A stretch of DNA of 64,000 bases from the human T2T-CHM13v2.0 reference genome, Homo sapiens (GCF_009914755.1 NC_060940.1), one strand, 5' to 3'. Counted from the first letter of the stretch, positions 1 through 14,573 are shown. Numbers and translations: made by a program. Notes: generated from the sequence alone by a model not told the origin.

Positions 1-329
1 GACAAGTGGAGATTTGTGGCCAAGGAGCAAGGTGAGGGGTCAGTGAATGAAAAATTACTAAGGAGAAATATCATGAATAAGGGGGATTCTGGCTAAATGG
101 ACTCAGCAGGATTCTTGTCGAAGGTGGGACAGGGTGATTGGTTATCAAGGATGGGGAATAAGGAATTTGATCACATATCAAGGGTGGAGGATTTTCACTA
201 AACTGACCAAGCAGGATTCTTGCTAAAACTAGACTAAATGGGTCAAGGACAGAGCCCCAAGGGAAGCCTACTAAAAAATGGGTCCCAGAGGATGCTGGCC
301 GAAGTTTGTTCAAGGAGAGAATCTTGTCC
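1..329 (-). mobile_element. ERV1 LTR, MER31/MER67-like (truncated by window start)
   Basis: Reverse complement begins gacaagattctctccttgaacaaactt...ttttagcaagaatcctgc...ttgatatgtgatcaaattcc, matching the recalled MER31/MER67 5' end. Confidence 0.7.
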
Positions 330-689
330 CTTGGGGAGGGTCATCAGGGTCTCCTTGAGCAGCCGCAGTGCGCCCAGTACCTCCTAGTGCACACCCCTTG
401 CAGAAGGAATGTTCAGATTGAGAATTCCTCACAAATTCGCAAATTACCTGTGTCTTACCAGCTTGTGACATCTATTCCCTGACCTAAATTTTGGAGAATG
501 ACAGCTTTGGCATCAGTGAGGGCGGTGGGCTGGAGGAAAAAAAATGGAGGCTCTCAAGGGATACAGACTCAATCAATGCCCAGTTAGATGACCCATCTGC
601 TCACTGGCCTTGAGTGGTCCTTTGGCCTGGGTCTTCATCTGCCTTCTTTTCCATAGCTTACTCCCATCAACACACTCAGAGACATCACA

Positions 690-903
690 TCACTCCAATG
701 TAAACTGTAAATGAACAGAGACTGGATCTTAGTCATTTTTGTGCTTTCCCTCCCCAGAATTCTTATAGGGTCTGGCTAATAGGGTATACTCAGGCAATGT
801 TGATTATTTGTTTAAATGAATAATTCATTAATTGGGTGGATGGATAGATCTTTGGATGAATGGATGGTCGGATGGATGAATGAATAAATGAATGAATGAA
901 TGG
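690..903 (+). mobile_element. L2 3' end followed by (GGAT/GAAT)n simple repeat
   Basis: Degenerate L2 terminus ending in TGAA-type repeats at 830-903. Confidence 0.6.
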
Positions 904-1094
904 TTAAGTGTCAGACTGCTTGTTTAATGCCATACAGATCCAACTATTTTTTGCCTGAAATGTTTATTTTCAACCAGTTCTGTTGAGTCATTTCAAACAC
1001 CTGAGACAGTAGCTGTTGCACCATCTCAAGCTGAAGAAGGATAAAGATCTAGGTTTGACACCTGGAGACTGCATTCCTGAGCCCAGGAGGTAAA

Positions 1095-1300
1095 AGAGCA
1101 TCGACTTTGGAGTCCCACAGACTTGCACAGCATGTTGCATTGATCAGCTGAGCTTGAGTTCCTTCATCTGCAAAGTAAATGCAATAAGCCCCACCTCCGG
1201 GGGTTGTCATGAGGATTAAGTCAAATAACATATGTGATGCCCCTTGACCAAGGCTCAGCATGGGATAGGCACTCCAGGACGCCAGCTTTGATCACTCTTC
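1095..1300 (+). mobile_element. MIR SINE
   Basis: Core gagttccttcatctgcaaag...gggttgtcatgaggattaag. Confidence 0.75.
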
Positions 1301-1694
1301 CTATTATTATTGAAAACATAGTCTGTGGATGAACTCCTCAGTCCACACCCCACTGGGCACTCCTTGTCCTAAACAGCATGTAGACTCCCAGCTGTTTTTG
1401 TAGGAAGCAGGGATTATATCCAGGTGCACCCCACTGGGTCTTGAAATTAATCCCTCCTTCTGTAAACACTGACCTCCACCTGCTGCTAGGTCATAGGCCT
1501 CCTAGCATCATTTGGTGCTGGGTGGAACTGGAAGCTGAGAGGGGATTTAGATCAGAGGCTGAAGTCAGCAGCAGGCATTCCTACATGAGGCCCCAAGCAA
1601 TGAATATGCAGCAGGCCAGCCTGCAGCCACTGCCAGTTTTTCCAGAGGGAAGCTGACCTTGGTTTGGTGTCTCTGCTCATCTTCTGCAGAATGC

Positions 1695-1865
1695 ACAGTG
1701 CATAGAAACTGGAGTTAGGCAACCTTGGGTGTGAGTTCCTTCTACAATCGAGTTGATATTAGGCACATCACTTAACCTCTCTGAGTTTTGGTTTCCTTAC
1801 CTATGAAATGGAGATAATAATACATTCCTAAATGTGTCTTGATGAGGATACAAGATAATAAAACA
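1695..1865 (+). mobile_element. MIR SINE
   Basis: Core cacttaacctctctgagttttggtttccttacctatgaaatggagataata. Confidence 0.75.
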
Positions 1866-2184
1866 CTAACATATTATACTAATTGCAGGAACTGTCACCT
1901 GGTACTATACACCCAAATGGCAATTTAAAGAATGTCCAACCTACTTAGCAAAGCTCAGGCATCCTATCTGTATCCCACTTTCTACTCTCTATGTTGCAGA
2001 CATCAGTACTTCAGCTCTTGGGGTTAAGGTGCGCCAGCCCCAAACTATACTCCAATTCTCTAACTTCTTGCTGCTTTATAACAAAAACAATTCACTGCCA
2101 TATCCTTTAGCATCTTTTTAAGTGGGAAAGAAAACCAGGGCTCCTAAGCACCAGTTTTCCCAGACACTTTTCTAGACCCTAGAC

Positions 2185-2615
2185 CAAGAGTTGGCAAACT
2201 ATAGCCTGTGAGTCACATTTAGTCTGCCACCTGACTTTGTACAGCCCACGAGCTAAGAATGATTTTTACATTTCTAAATGGTTGAAAACCACCATGGCAC
2301 ATATTTACCTATGTAACAAACCTGCACATCCTGCACATGTACCCTGGAACTTAAAAAAAAGAATTAAATAAAAAAGAAAAAGGAAAAAAAAAGAATAATA
2401 TTTTGTAGTACATGAAAATCATATAGAATTCAGACTTCATTGTCCATAAGTGAAATATTATTAGAACACATTCATGCCCAACTGTTTATGTAGTGTCTAT
2501 GGCTGCATTTGAGCCACAGTGACAGAGCTGAGTAGTTGTAGCAGAGACAGCATGAGTCATAAAGCTGGAAAGATTTATTGTCTGATCCTTTAAAGAAACA
2601 GTTTTCCAGGCTTGG
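2185..2615 (+). mobile_element. MER58B hAT-Charlie MITE, interrupted by an L1 3' end
   Basis: ggcaaactatagcctgtg...gagctaagaatgatttttacattt...gagtagttgtagcagagac matches MER58B. Confidence 0.85.
2288..2392 (+). mobile_element. 5'-truncated L1PA 3' end with A tail, nested in MER58B
   Basis: tttacctatgtaacaaacctgcacatcctgcacatgtaccctggaacttaaaa followed by an A-rich tail. Confidence 0.9.
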
Positions 2616-2844
2616 TCCAAGGGCGAGCTTTCTTATGGGTCATTCAGTGTAAGTAATGGTCCTTCCCATGGGGTGCAACAGTCCTGGGCCTCAAAACAGT
2701 GACTGTTCAGTTGGCTTCCTCCAGGAAAGAAATGGAGTGATATAGGGGGGTATGCAGTCTCTGACCTTGAACACTTTTAGATCATGGCCCTGTGGCCACA
2801 GGTAGGCAACTCCATCAGGGGGATTCAAGCATCTGATTGGACAA

Positions 2845-3230
2845 GATCTTCTCTTAAATCCTGGTGTTATTCTTTACGAGCTCTTAACTTCTCTCAGTCT
2901 CAGTTTCTTCATTTGTAAGAAGGAAATTATAATAGTACTTACCTCAGGGGTTATTGTGAGGCTTGAATGGCTTAAGGATCACAGGCACTCAGCACAGGGC
3001 CTGGCACATAAAAAGAATTTAAATATGCATTATTAGTAGTATTGTTATTACTATCATTTTCAGTCTGTCTCCTACCTGCTGTGTGAGCAAGGGTGAGTTA
3101 TCCTATCCACCAAAGCCTTAGTTTCTTCATCTTTAAAATGGTGCCAAACCCGCCTCATACAGGGCTTGGGAATTTTACATGTCTTCATGGATAGTGCATT
3201 TCTGCATGCAGTAAGCATTCGATGGATGTT
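2845..3230 (+). mobile_element. Two adjacent MIR SINEs
   Basis: Two MIR cores (cagtttcttcatttgtaag; agtttcttcatctttaaaatgg). Confidence 0.7.
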
Positions 3231-3749
3231 CCTTAAACCTCCCCACTTCCCTGTGACCCTGAAATTCTATGAGTTTGCAGTGTCCTTGGAGCTTCCCAGT
3301 GTGGCTGTCACCTCTGGACCCCTCATTTGTTACAAGCCATGTGCCATCCTACATCTTTCCAATGCATCTGTCACGACTCTGTGTGAGTCATCTAGACCTT
3401 TTGAGGGCTAGGTTTCTGTATGGCCCTTCTTGGTTATCTAAAATTAAGGTGAAGTAACAGCCAGCTCCAGTGACTTTAATATACAAATTGCATCCTGGCA
3501 CAGTTTGATGTAGCTGAGCCCTGGCTTGTCTCCCAGGATTGGAGAGAGTGAGTAAGTTATGCTTAGCTTGTGTCGAGGAGCAGGTGGGGAGGCAGGCACC
3601 AAGGTGTGATGGCTTCAGGGGCTGCCAGGGAAGATCTTTGTGAAATGCTATTTATGCTTCATCAGGAACCCAAACAACTGCTCGTAAGTCCTCAGCCTAC
3701 TCCACAAAGCTTTGCTTTGCCTATTTCTTGAACAGTGACAAGCTGGCTT

Positions 3750-4665
3750 ATTATAGCCATTATCCACTTCTTCCTTAGTACTAGAAAGCCTGACCTCACA
3801 GGGCATGTGACCATTCAGAATAAGAACTACATCTTCTAGCATCCTTTGCTACCCAGTGAGGCCATGTAAGTTCTGCCCAATAGGGTGTAAGCAAAGGTAT
3901 CCTGGGAAACTCCCTAGAAATATTCTTTAAAGGGAGGGGACCCACCCCTTTTCATTGCTTTCTCTGTCCTCCTGGGTGAATGGGGATGAGATGGGTGGAG
4001 CATGAGTGGCCATCTTAGACCATGTCATAAATTGGATTCCCTCTGAAGAGCAGACTCTAGAGTTTGAGAGCAAGTGATTTATTTGCCAAGTGGTTCCGGG
4101 AAGCACTGGTAAGGTCAGGAGTGAGAAAGTGAGGCAGGAAGGGAAGGATGCCAATTCTGGGTGTGTTCATGAACAAATTATATTGGATCCATCCTGCTGG
4201 GGAACTCTGGTGAACTGTGCAGCACATACTTCAGAGTTGTCCACCTTGAAAGGTGAGGGAGCTGGGGTATTTATACACCCAGTTCTGTCTACCATTGATT
4301 GAGGGGTGCTCCTGCGGGTGCTACCTCTCTGGCACTTCCAGTTTCCTTTTCGTGGACTGAACACCCAGCTCAGCAGAGAAAGGGGAAGAGTCTCAGGTGC
4401 TTGCAAAAAGGAGCTATCTGAATGTTTAGAAATGGTGAATACTTAGGGGATATAGGAGAACTGGCAGCAATTGCTACAGACCAAGAGGTTGAGCATGCAG
4501 AGCAAAATGAAAGAAGTGCTTTGCTCCTTGCTGACTGTGAGACCATCAACCCAGGTTTGGATGGCTTATCTTTAGACTTTGTGTCAAAGAAAAAGAATTA
4601 ACTTTTTAAAAGCCAGTGTTCAGTTTTCTGTCACTCAAAGCCAAACCTAATCCCAAATGCTGCAT
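3750..4665 (+). mobile_element. MLT1J-like MaLR LTR, split by an LTR16 insertion
   Basis: actacatcttctagcatcc...ggccatgtaagttctgcccaat...gccatcttagacca|agagg, resuming after 4483. Confidence 0.7.
4023..4478 (-). mobile_element. LTR16 (LTR16C-like) ERVL solo LTR
   Basis: TG...CA termini; perfect 5-bp TSD GACCA at 4018-4022 and 4479-4483; gctggggtatttatac TATA region. Confidence 0.8.
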
Positions 4666-5021
4666 CACATAGTAATAATGATAGTAAAGGCAACTAGCTT
4701 GAATCTGCTTACCTGTTTATTATCCCTCTTCTCCTCCCTTTCTACCCCTGCCAAACATAAGCTTTACAACAGAAGAGACAGAACGGTTTCTAGCTGCTTG
4801 ATCACACTGACCACTCCTTAATAGGGTGTCTGATACATAGAAATCACTCAGAAAATATTTATTGAATAAATGAATAAATAAACAACAAAAGAACAAAACA
4901 TAAAAGAAAAAGAAGCCAAGATTTGAACACTGATGTCTGATTCCAGTTTCCCACCTCTTAATCACTATGTTATAGTGAAAATTTAGAAATCTTATTTTAT
5001 AATTGGTTGAAAGAATCCAGT

Positions 5022-5250
5022 AAAATTAAGCATCCCAAATCCAAAAATCCAAAATCCAAAATGCTTCAAAATCTGAAACTTTTTGAGCACCAAGGTGACT
5101 CTCAAGGGAAGTGCTCTTTGGAGCATTTTGGAGTTCAGAATTTTGGATTTGGGATGCTTGGCTGGTAAGTATAATGGAAGTATTCCAAAATAAAAAAAAA
5201 TCTGAAATATTTCTTGTCCCAATCATTTCATATAAGAGATTCTCAACCTG
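5022..5250 (+). mobile_element. Tigger4a/MER46A TcMar-Tigger MITE
   Basis: agcatcccaaatccaaaaatcc...ggatttgggatgct internal inverted repeat; ends ctcaacctg. Confidence 0.85.
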
Positions 5251-6128
5251 TCTAATGCCAGAGAGCCTGAGTCTTGGCAAAGACAGAAGCCTGGGATGAG
5301 AGAGACCAATGAATATGCTTATGAAATAATTTTTATAAAAATCAACATGAAGAGCTGAGTTAGAGGCTTGAAACAAAGGTCAGTGGCAGCTTTTCACCTA
5401 GAAGCTCTGTAAATGTCAATGCTAACTGAGAGAATGGGTGGTCCCATGCAGGGTGTTGGTGTCTAGCAGGGTGACTCTGGGAACAAGGTATTTCGGTAAA
5501 CTCTGCTACATCCCTCCCTTGTCATTCAAAGCTCCTCTTGAGTTGCTGAACCTGTGACCAGAAAACCTTATAGGTACCCTGGACCTCTGGTGCAGTGGTA
5601 TTTACCCTAGACTTGTTCAAAGAGAGGCTAGTTGGCAATGGGTCAGGGATGCTGTAGAGGGTTATGGCACTAGGCTAGGGGACAAGACAAGACAGCCTCT
5701 GCATAATGTCCTAAAGGTGCAATAAACCTCGTCAGTTGCTTTATAGCCTTCAGAATGAGTTTCTAATCCACAATTGGCAAGTACCTTTTTTCTTAGTGCA
5801 AGTTTTCATTCTTGACAGTTGGTCTCCTGGAAACCCATAAAAGTTAGAGTTTTAAGCAATTGCCTTTACTGCTAACACTTCCAATGAATTTCCCAGTAGG
5901 AACCTTTATGATAGTTCTGCAAATATATGAGTATGCAAATTATAGGGATCTGTGGGCATCATGCTAACCCCCATGCTCTGAGAACTTGACCACAAGTTTT
6001 TCAGTGGCATCTGTGTTCCCAGGGCACTTCAAATAATATAATATCATTCATGTATTCATTCAACAAGCATTTATAGGAGTGGTTGGTGTGTTTTAGGCAC
6101 TAGATGGTAGAAAATGATACCAGTGTGA

Positions 6129-6498
<370 letters not shown>

Positions 6499-6778
6499 AA
6501 TGTGTACTTTTTAAAGGTATGTAGAGAAAAGAGTGACTAAATTCACCTGAAATTTAGAGATGCATCCTCTCGTCTTATTCTTCAACAACATGAAACATTG
6601 TTTGCCATTTTTCAAATGCCTCCATGATTTCGTTCATATTGGTCCCTCGCCCTAGGCACCTTCTTTTCACTGCTGTCTTAGCAAAGTCTTATTCATACTT
6701 CAAGGCTATAGCAGCCCATGTTGGTAACCTACCCAGAAGTTGTTCTTGTTTGCTCTATGTTGATAGAATCTTATTTAG

Positions 6779-7010
6779 GGGACAAGACAAGGATGCCCCT
6801 TTTTACCACTTCTATTCAACCTAATACTCAAAGTCCTAGGCAGATCAGCTAGGCAAGAGAAAGAAATCTAGGGCATCCAAATTGGAAAAGAGGAAGTCAA
6901 ACTACTCCTATTTCCAGTGATATGATCTTATACCTAGAAAACTCAAATACTCCTCCAAAAGATGTGTAGATTTGATAAATGAATTCAGTAAAGTCTAATG
7001 TTACAAATCA
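6779..7010 (+). mobile_element. Isolated decayed L1 ORF2 fragment (reverse transcriptase domain)
   Basis: Degenerate TRQGCP...RQEKEI.GIQIGKEEVKL...DMILYLEN...LINEFSKV; FADD catalytic motif disrupted. Confidence 0.85.
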
Positions 7011-7099
7011 TAACTTATGCTTTTATATGGCTGCATGTGGACAATAAATTCTCAGCTGGGGAAAAAGAAAGGAAAACCTGGTTTAAAAGCATGGGTTTT

Positions 7100-7400
7100 G
7101 GCTGGGCGTGGTGGCTCATGCCTGTAATCCCAGCACTTTGGGAGGCTGAGGCGGGCACATCATGAGGTCAGGAGATCAAGACCATCCTGGCTAACACGAT
7201 GAAACCCCATCTCTACTAAAAATACAAAAAATTAGCCAGGTTTGGTGGTGGGCGCATGTAATCTCAGCTACTTGGGAGGCTCAGGCAGGAGAATGGTGTG
7301 AACCCGGGAGGTGGAGCTTGCAGTGAGCCAAGATTGAGCCACTGCACTCCAGCCTGGGCAACAGAGCGAGACTCCGTCTCAAAAAAAAAAAAAAAAAAAA
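7100..7400 (+). mobile_element. AluY
   Basis: Y diagnostics (accatcctggctaacacg; gaatggtgtgaacccgggaggtggagcttg); TSD aaaagcatgggtttt at 7085-7099 and 7397-7411. Confidence 0.95.
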
Positions 7401-7788
7401 GCATGGGTTTTGTGTTGAGTCTGGGTGGATCTGGAGACAAGGAGGCTACTACAATATTTCAGTGGAGAGACGATCAGAGCCCAAAGAGAGTGGTGAAGGC
7501 AGGAAGAGGCTGGAGAATGATGACTCCAGTGCTTTGCGGTCAGGGCTGGCCACAGTTGCTCACTGATGGCTTTTCCAAAGGCCCTCTGATTCCTCCTTTA
7601 GAAAAAACCTCCCCCATGTTTCAGCCACATAGCACAGCAGCAGCTTGAACCCCTTCCCCTGCCTCTTCTCTGGCAAAGGCCTGGAAAGGAAAATAGTTGC
7701 ATGTGATTCAGAGCGGTGAGCACATTACTGCACAGATTTGTTTAATTAAATTTTATCTGCAGCAATGTAGCCTATGAAAGATCAGTGA

Positions 7789-8101
<313 letters not shown>

Positions 8102-8244
8102 CTTCATAGCTCTCTTAATGCATGCACTTTAAATCACAAAACTTCTACCATGAATAAAGGAGACTTGTTGTTTGGCTCAGTTTGGTGTTTTCTGGGAGCC
8201 TGCTCTGAATTCTTGAGATACAGGTAGATGTGGAGACAGACAGT

Positions 8245-8304
8245 TGGCTGCTGGCTGGTGTGGGGATCAACAGGTGGCTGTTGGCTGGTGTGGGGATCAA
8301 CAGG
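8245..8304. repeat. 30-bp tandem duplication (2 copies, 1 mismatch)
   Basis: tggctgctggctggtgtggggatcaacagg / tggctgttggctggtgtggggatcaacagg. Confidence 0.95.
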
Positions 8305-8714
8305 TGCTTGTGTTTCCTTAGACTCTTCTTGTAAGGAGGTCTCACACTACTCTGCAGCCAGGAAGGGTTGTTTCAGGTGTGTGTGCTACGGGTCAGGCAG
8401 AGTGAAGCTTGCTCAAGGTCACTGCATACTTCTTTCCACTAGGATTCTTTGCATACCTACTGTGTGCCAACCACTGTTCTAGACTCTGGGTACTCCACAG
8501 GGACTAAGCCCTGGGACTCGCATTAGGAAGAGAGAGAAATATTGCAGCAATAATAAATGTTCAGATAAATAACTGTTGTTATAAGGCAGATGCCATGGAA
8601 ACTTTGGTTATCTTTGCTGCGTAAGAAATCACCCTGAAACTTAGTGTCTCAAATAATAACAGTCATATTTTTGTTGATGATTCTGCAATTAGAACAGAGT
8701 GAAGTTAGGAAGAC

Positions 8715-9013
8715 TTTTTTCTTTTTTTCCTTGAGAAGGAGTCTTGCCCTGTCACCCAGGCTGGAGTGCAGTGGTGTGATCTCGGCTCACTGCAACCTCT
8801 GCCTCCTGAATTCAAGTGATTCTCCACCTCAGCCTCCCGAGTAGCTGGGACTACAGGCGTGCACCACCACACCCGGCTAATTTTTGTATTTTTAGTAGAG
8901 ACGGGGTTTCACCATGTTGGCCAGGTTGGTCTCGAACTCCTGACCTCAGGTGATCCACCTTCCTTGGCCTCCCAGAGTGCTAGGATTACAGGCATGAGCC
9001 ACTGCGCCTGGCC
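8715..9013 (-). mobile_element. AluSx-like
   Basis: Full dimeric Alu. Confidence 0.95.
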
Positions 9014-9332
9014 AGAAAGGCTTTTCTTTGTTCTATGTAGTGTCAATGGAAACAGTCCATCTGGGGCTGGAGGATCTACTTGTAAGGGTCTCATTCACAG
9101 GCTGACAAACCAGTACTGGCTTTCAGCTGGGAGCTCAGTTGTTGGAGGGTAGTTCTCTTCCACGGAGCTTCTCCTCATGGCTGGTGTTGGCTCCTCACAG
9201 CATGCTGGTTTCAGGGTCATCAGAAGTCTTACAAGGTGGCCGACTTCCCTCAAGGCACAAAAGCAGATGGTGCCAAGCCTTCAAAATGTGTGATCACTGA
9301 CATCCCAGAATGTCACGTTCACCACATTGTAT

Positions 9333-9871
9333 CGTAACCATAATAAGTTCATTGCACAATGCACACAGCAAGTCAATACACTGAGACATGGGTTGCAGTA
9401 GAGAAAGAGGTTTAATCATAAGGTCACCACATGAGGAGTTGGGAGTGAATCTCAAATTCATCTCCTCAAGGAATTTAGGGTTAGGATTTTTAAGGGTTTT
9501 GGAGTGGGCCGAAGTGTGGAGATTGTTATTTATTGAAGAGTGCCGGGTGAAGTCATGGGACAGGGTAAGGAAGAAGCTGTGTTCTCAACCTGATCCCGTT
9601 CCTCTTGAGGGGAGGAGGGCTTCAAACTGGTTGCCGAAAGTTGGGTCTGAAAAACATTTTAGACAATCCTTAAACAAAAGCCTTATGAGTCTAATGTCAG
9701 AAATCCTATCTATAGGAACAATGAGGATGCAATGTCAGTATCCAGTGCTATGTGACTTTTAGCAACAAGGAAGTGGGGCAGAGTGCAGCCTGATTAATGT
9801 TTAATCATAACTACATCTCTGTCCAGAACCCGGCATGCAATTCTTGTGAACCCCATAGGGGTGGTTTTACA
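9333..9871 (-). mobile_element. MER66-like ERV1 solo LTR
   Basis: Reverse complement starts aaaccacccctatggggttcacaagaattgcatgccgggttctggacaga, as in the recalled MER66 consensus. Confidence 0.7.
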
Positions 9872-10062
9872 AAGAAGTCACTGAGCCAGCACAGAGTCAA
9901 GGTGCAGGTAACTAAACTCTATCTCTTCATGGGGAAGTGGCCAGATCACATTGCAGAAAAGCCTGTGAAAAAGGGGCAATTTTTGTTGCCATCCTTGAAA
10001 ATATAGTTGCCTACAGGAACACAGAAAGCGTACATCTCTAGGGAGGGTATCTAGACTAGGTA

Positions 10063-10762
<700 letters not shown>

Positions 10763-12729
10763 AGGTACCTTAAAGGAGAATAGAAAATATAAACACTGGG
10801 ATTCAACCCAACTCCTAAAGTGGTTCTGCGTGATTCATCATCACAGTTGTTTCTCACATACTACTTTTCTCAATAAAACAAATGAGGAAGGAACCTCATT
10901 CTCTGGTGAGTCCAGAAGATGATTAGTTTGAGACCCAGTATCTGTCTCATCCTGGAAGAACTGTGCTACAAATTCTTTGGGGTTTGAAATTGGAAGGTCT
11001 AAGTTACATGTCCACTTTGGCTACAGACTTGCTCTATGATCTTGACTCAGTGGTTTTATATATCAGAGCCTGGGCTTCCAGATCTTGCAATAGAGACAAT
11101 TTCAGTAATATTAGCAAAATGTAGAGTTTCTGGGGAGTTCAAAATGAGATAATAAATGTTAAAAATCAGAGTGATATTTTGTATGTTTGCCTTGCTTAGC
11201 CTGAAACCCTCTTTATGTGCTCTTGAAGGAGATATAAATAAAGGAAAATCTGTGCAAGGAAACATGGGTAGAAATTGCTAACTGGAGGTAGGAAGGTGAG
11301 AAGGCTCAATCCCCAAACTCACTGCTGAGAACCTCAGAGAATTAAGCTGGAGCATTTGAACTATTGCCTTCTCCTCATTCCCACTCCTACCTCTTCTGAT
11401 AGTCCAAAGTATACTTATTTCGTTACATAGACTGGCATGTTCTGAAATAACTGGCCTCAATGCAGTCTCTGGGACAGTTTAATATATCTTCCATCTTCCA
11501 TGTGTTTGGAAGAAAGGAGAGAGCAAGATCTGTTCTCTTCAGCTAATCTATTACGGTAGCCACAACCAACAGCAAAAGTGTCCCAATATGTATCCTGGGA
11601 TCTGCTGAATGCATACTTACTCCTTCTGTGTGGAAGGCAGGAGAATGTTAAATGGAGGTAAGAAGAGAAGAGAAGTAGGAATGTTTCTCTTCCCCAGGCT
11701 AACCATGATATGAAAATGCTGAAAGATGTCCATTAGTACCTTATTGCATCTTTGGCATTTGCAACTCATGCCTTTTATGCATTTCCAAGTCATATTCCTT
11801 CTGTCTCCACTCATGTAGATTCACACTCATGTGATTTATTCATTCATTCCTTTCTAAAAAGTGTATTGAGCACTTACTTGGTGCCCTATCTCTTGCCAGA
11901 CAATGGGCCTATGAACATGAACATAATGTGTTTTCTGCTTTCAAGGAATAATACCATGAGAATTACTAATAACTATACAGAGTGGGTTCCTTACTTGCAA
12001 TAAGCAACAGTGTGTCGGAGGGTAACTCCAACTCATCCCAGTTCAAACATAGGAGTCCCAAGCATTATTTTATTCAAATATCAGAGAAACCTGGTGAGAT
12101 AAATTCATTACTAAAAAGGAAAAAATTGATGCACAGGTAGATTGTGGAACTTGTTCTGGTCACACTACAAGCCAATGAAAGAGTTGGACAAAAAAAAATT
12201 AATGACCTAAAATCATAAAACTTACACTTAAAGTTTCTTACTTAGAAAGTTCATGTGATTAACCTCTATTTTATACTACTGTCTAGCTCCCAATTATGTA
12301 TGCACATTTTCTCTGAAACTGTGAAGAACAAGTATGCTAGATAAGATGATACTGTTGATATTTAGATAATAAAAATCTTTAAGCTTTGAGATAATTTGCA
12401 AGCTTATTGGTTACTAATTCTCTTTTTAGCCAGGTTGTAGTATGTGGTTATAAAAAGAAGGAAATTGCAGACAAGTAGGCCTTGAACACACCCAGTAGCC
12501 TCTTTAGAAGAACTTTTGGTATGGGCAGCTCTTGTATACACCCAGGGAGAAAACAAGGTACGAAGTCATGGATCTCATTCCCAAATATCCAGGGAAAAGG
12601 AGGGTTTTTTTCTCGCTGTAGGGGTCACTTTAACTGTTGGAACTGATACATCAGGAAATCCATCTTGAAAAATCTTAAGAGAGCCACAGAAAGTATGAGC
12701 AAAGTGAAAGAAAAAAGAAAGAATATAAA

Positions 12730-13330
12730 TTCTGGAGCTAGAGAGACCTGAGTTCAAATCCCATCTATGCCATTCACTGGTATGACCTGGGATACATTGC
12801 TTATCCACTTTTGCCTCAGTGTTCTCATCTTTAAAGTTGGCATAATGACTACATTTTAGTCAGGGTAATGAATTTGTGCCAGCTTCTGTAAAAAACAAGC
12901 CAACAATATTTGTGCCTAACCACAGTAACAATTTCTTGCTTATACTAACTGATGAGTGTCTCACATTTTTCCGGGGTGGCTCTCCTCCAAGCAGTAACTC
13001 AGGGATCCAGCCCCTTCATCATTTGGCTCCACTATTTTGGAATCTTTAGCCTTGAAGTCCAGCCTTGAAAATAGCATGAAGGTGAGGTGGATACTTAGCC
13101 CTCTCAGCCTGGAGTTACACACTTTATTCTGTTCCATTCGGAATAAGATACCTAACCAACCAAACCAAGGCAGGCTGGGAGATGTGGAGGTGTCATTTGC
13201 AAGCACCAAGAGTCTCTCATGTACTTTCTCATAAGTTTATTGTAACTAAATAAATTAATGCATGTACGATCACTTAGAACAGTGTCCAGCACCTAATAAG
13301 AATTCAACCAATCCTATTACTATGAGTGCC
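12730..13330 (+). mobile_element. MIR interrupted by an old MaLR-like LTR (about 12880-13215)
   Basis: MIR 5' half at 12730-12860 and 3' half at 13230-13330, flanking LTR-like sequence. Confidence 0.55.
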
Positions 13331-14272
13331 ATTACTCCTCCTACTGCCACTACCTACTACCACCCAAGATGTAGAGGAAGGTGTATTTATATCAAAACGA
13401 AGAGAATGCCAGGGTTAAATTCTGAAGCAGGGGTAGCAGAAGAAAAAAATTAAATTAAATTAAATCCAGTCTAGAAAGCAATGGTGGACTTTTGAGCAAA
13501 TGTAGAATCACTTACTTGATGTCACATTGACATCATCCCCGTATCCCAAATTGTAGGAAGAGAGATTTAACAGCCTGATTCTTGAACATCCAAACTCAAC
13601 TCATGAACCCATGCTCTCCCCAATGCAAGGGTTAGCCACATCTGTCTTTTTTTTTCTTGACTAACTCTAGTTCGTCATGTTCCTGATAGCTGAATGTCAA
13701 GTCTGCAGTGATTTACTTTCTCCCCCAACTTCTACTTTTTTCATGCCCTCCTTCTTGTGTGTCTTAGACTGACTATCCAAATACTGCTCCCATTGTTAGT
13801 CTTGTCTGTATGGCTCTAGAATATTGGGAATATTCCCACTATAAGAAAGAAACTTCAGCCAGTTATTGGTACAGCTAAACCTCAAACTTGCCCTTCTGAC
13901 TTCCTGTCCTGTTTTCACTCTCTTCCTGGCCTGAGTTTCCCATTCCTCGACAGAACAAATATCTTCAATGATTTTGACACAACAGCATGTACTCCCAAAG
14001 GCATTTCATCAGCATTTTACTCTCATCATCAAATAATTTAGTCTTGTAATGTTGGAGGCAAACGTTCTTCCTCTTAGCTCTACATTCTTGTCCTTTGCAG
14101 ACCTGCAGGTATTTTAGCTGAATCAGGACAGCTTTGCTGAGGATTGACTAATCTTGTGGTGAGAGGGGACGAGCTGGCCAGGAGATGTGGTGTCCATTGT
14201 GGGCAGGATTTAATGAAACTGGACCATTCAATATAACAAAATCAAAGCACACATTTTTTAAAAAGTCCCTAA

Positions 14273-14573
<301 letters not shown>

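Larger units (their letters stand above)
8600..10014 (-). mobile_element. MLT1H/G-like MaLR LTR, interrupted by an Alu and MER66
   Basis: ttgctgcgtaagaaatcaccctgaaacttagtg at the left; gccatccttgaaaatatagttgcctaca terminus at the right. Confidence 0.7.

Noticed and set aside
5029-5158. Long hairpin resembling a pre-miRNA
   Set aside because: Intrinsic internal inverted repeat of Tigger4a/MER46A; no evidence of processing.
7722-7768. Imperfect palindrome around ttaattaa
   Set aside because: Arms are only about 11 bp with a mismatch; near chance level.
13825-13838. Palindrome TGGGAATATTCCCA (NF-kB/RBPJ-like)
   Set aside because: 7-bp arms are expected several times by chance in 64 kb.
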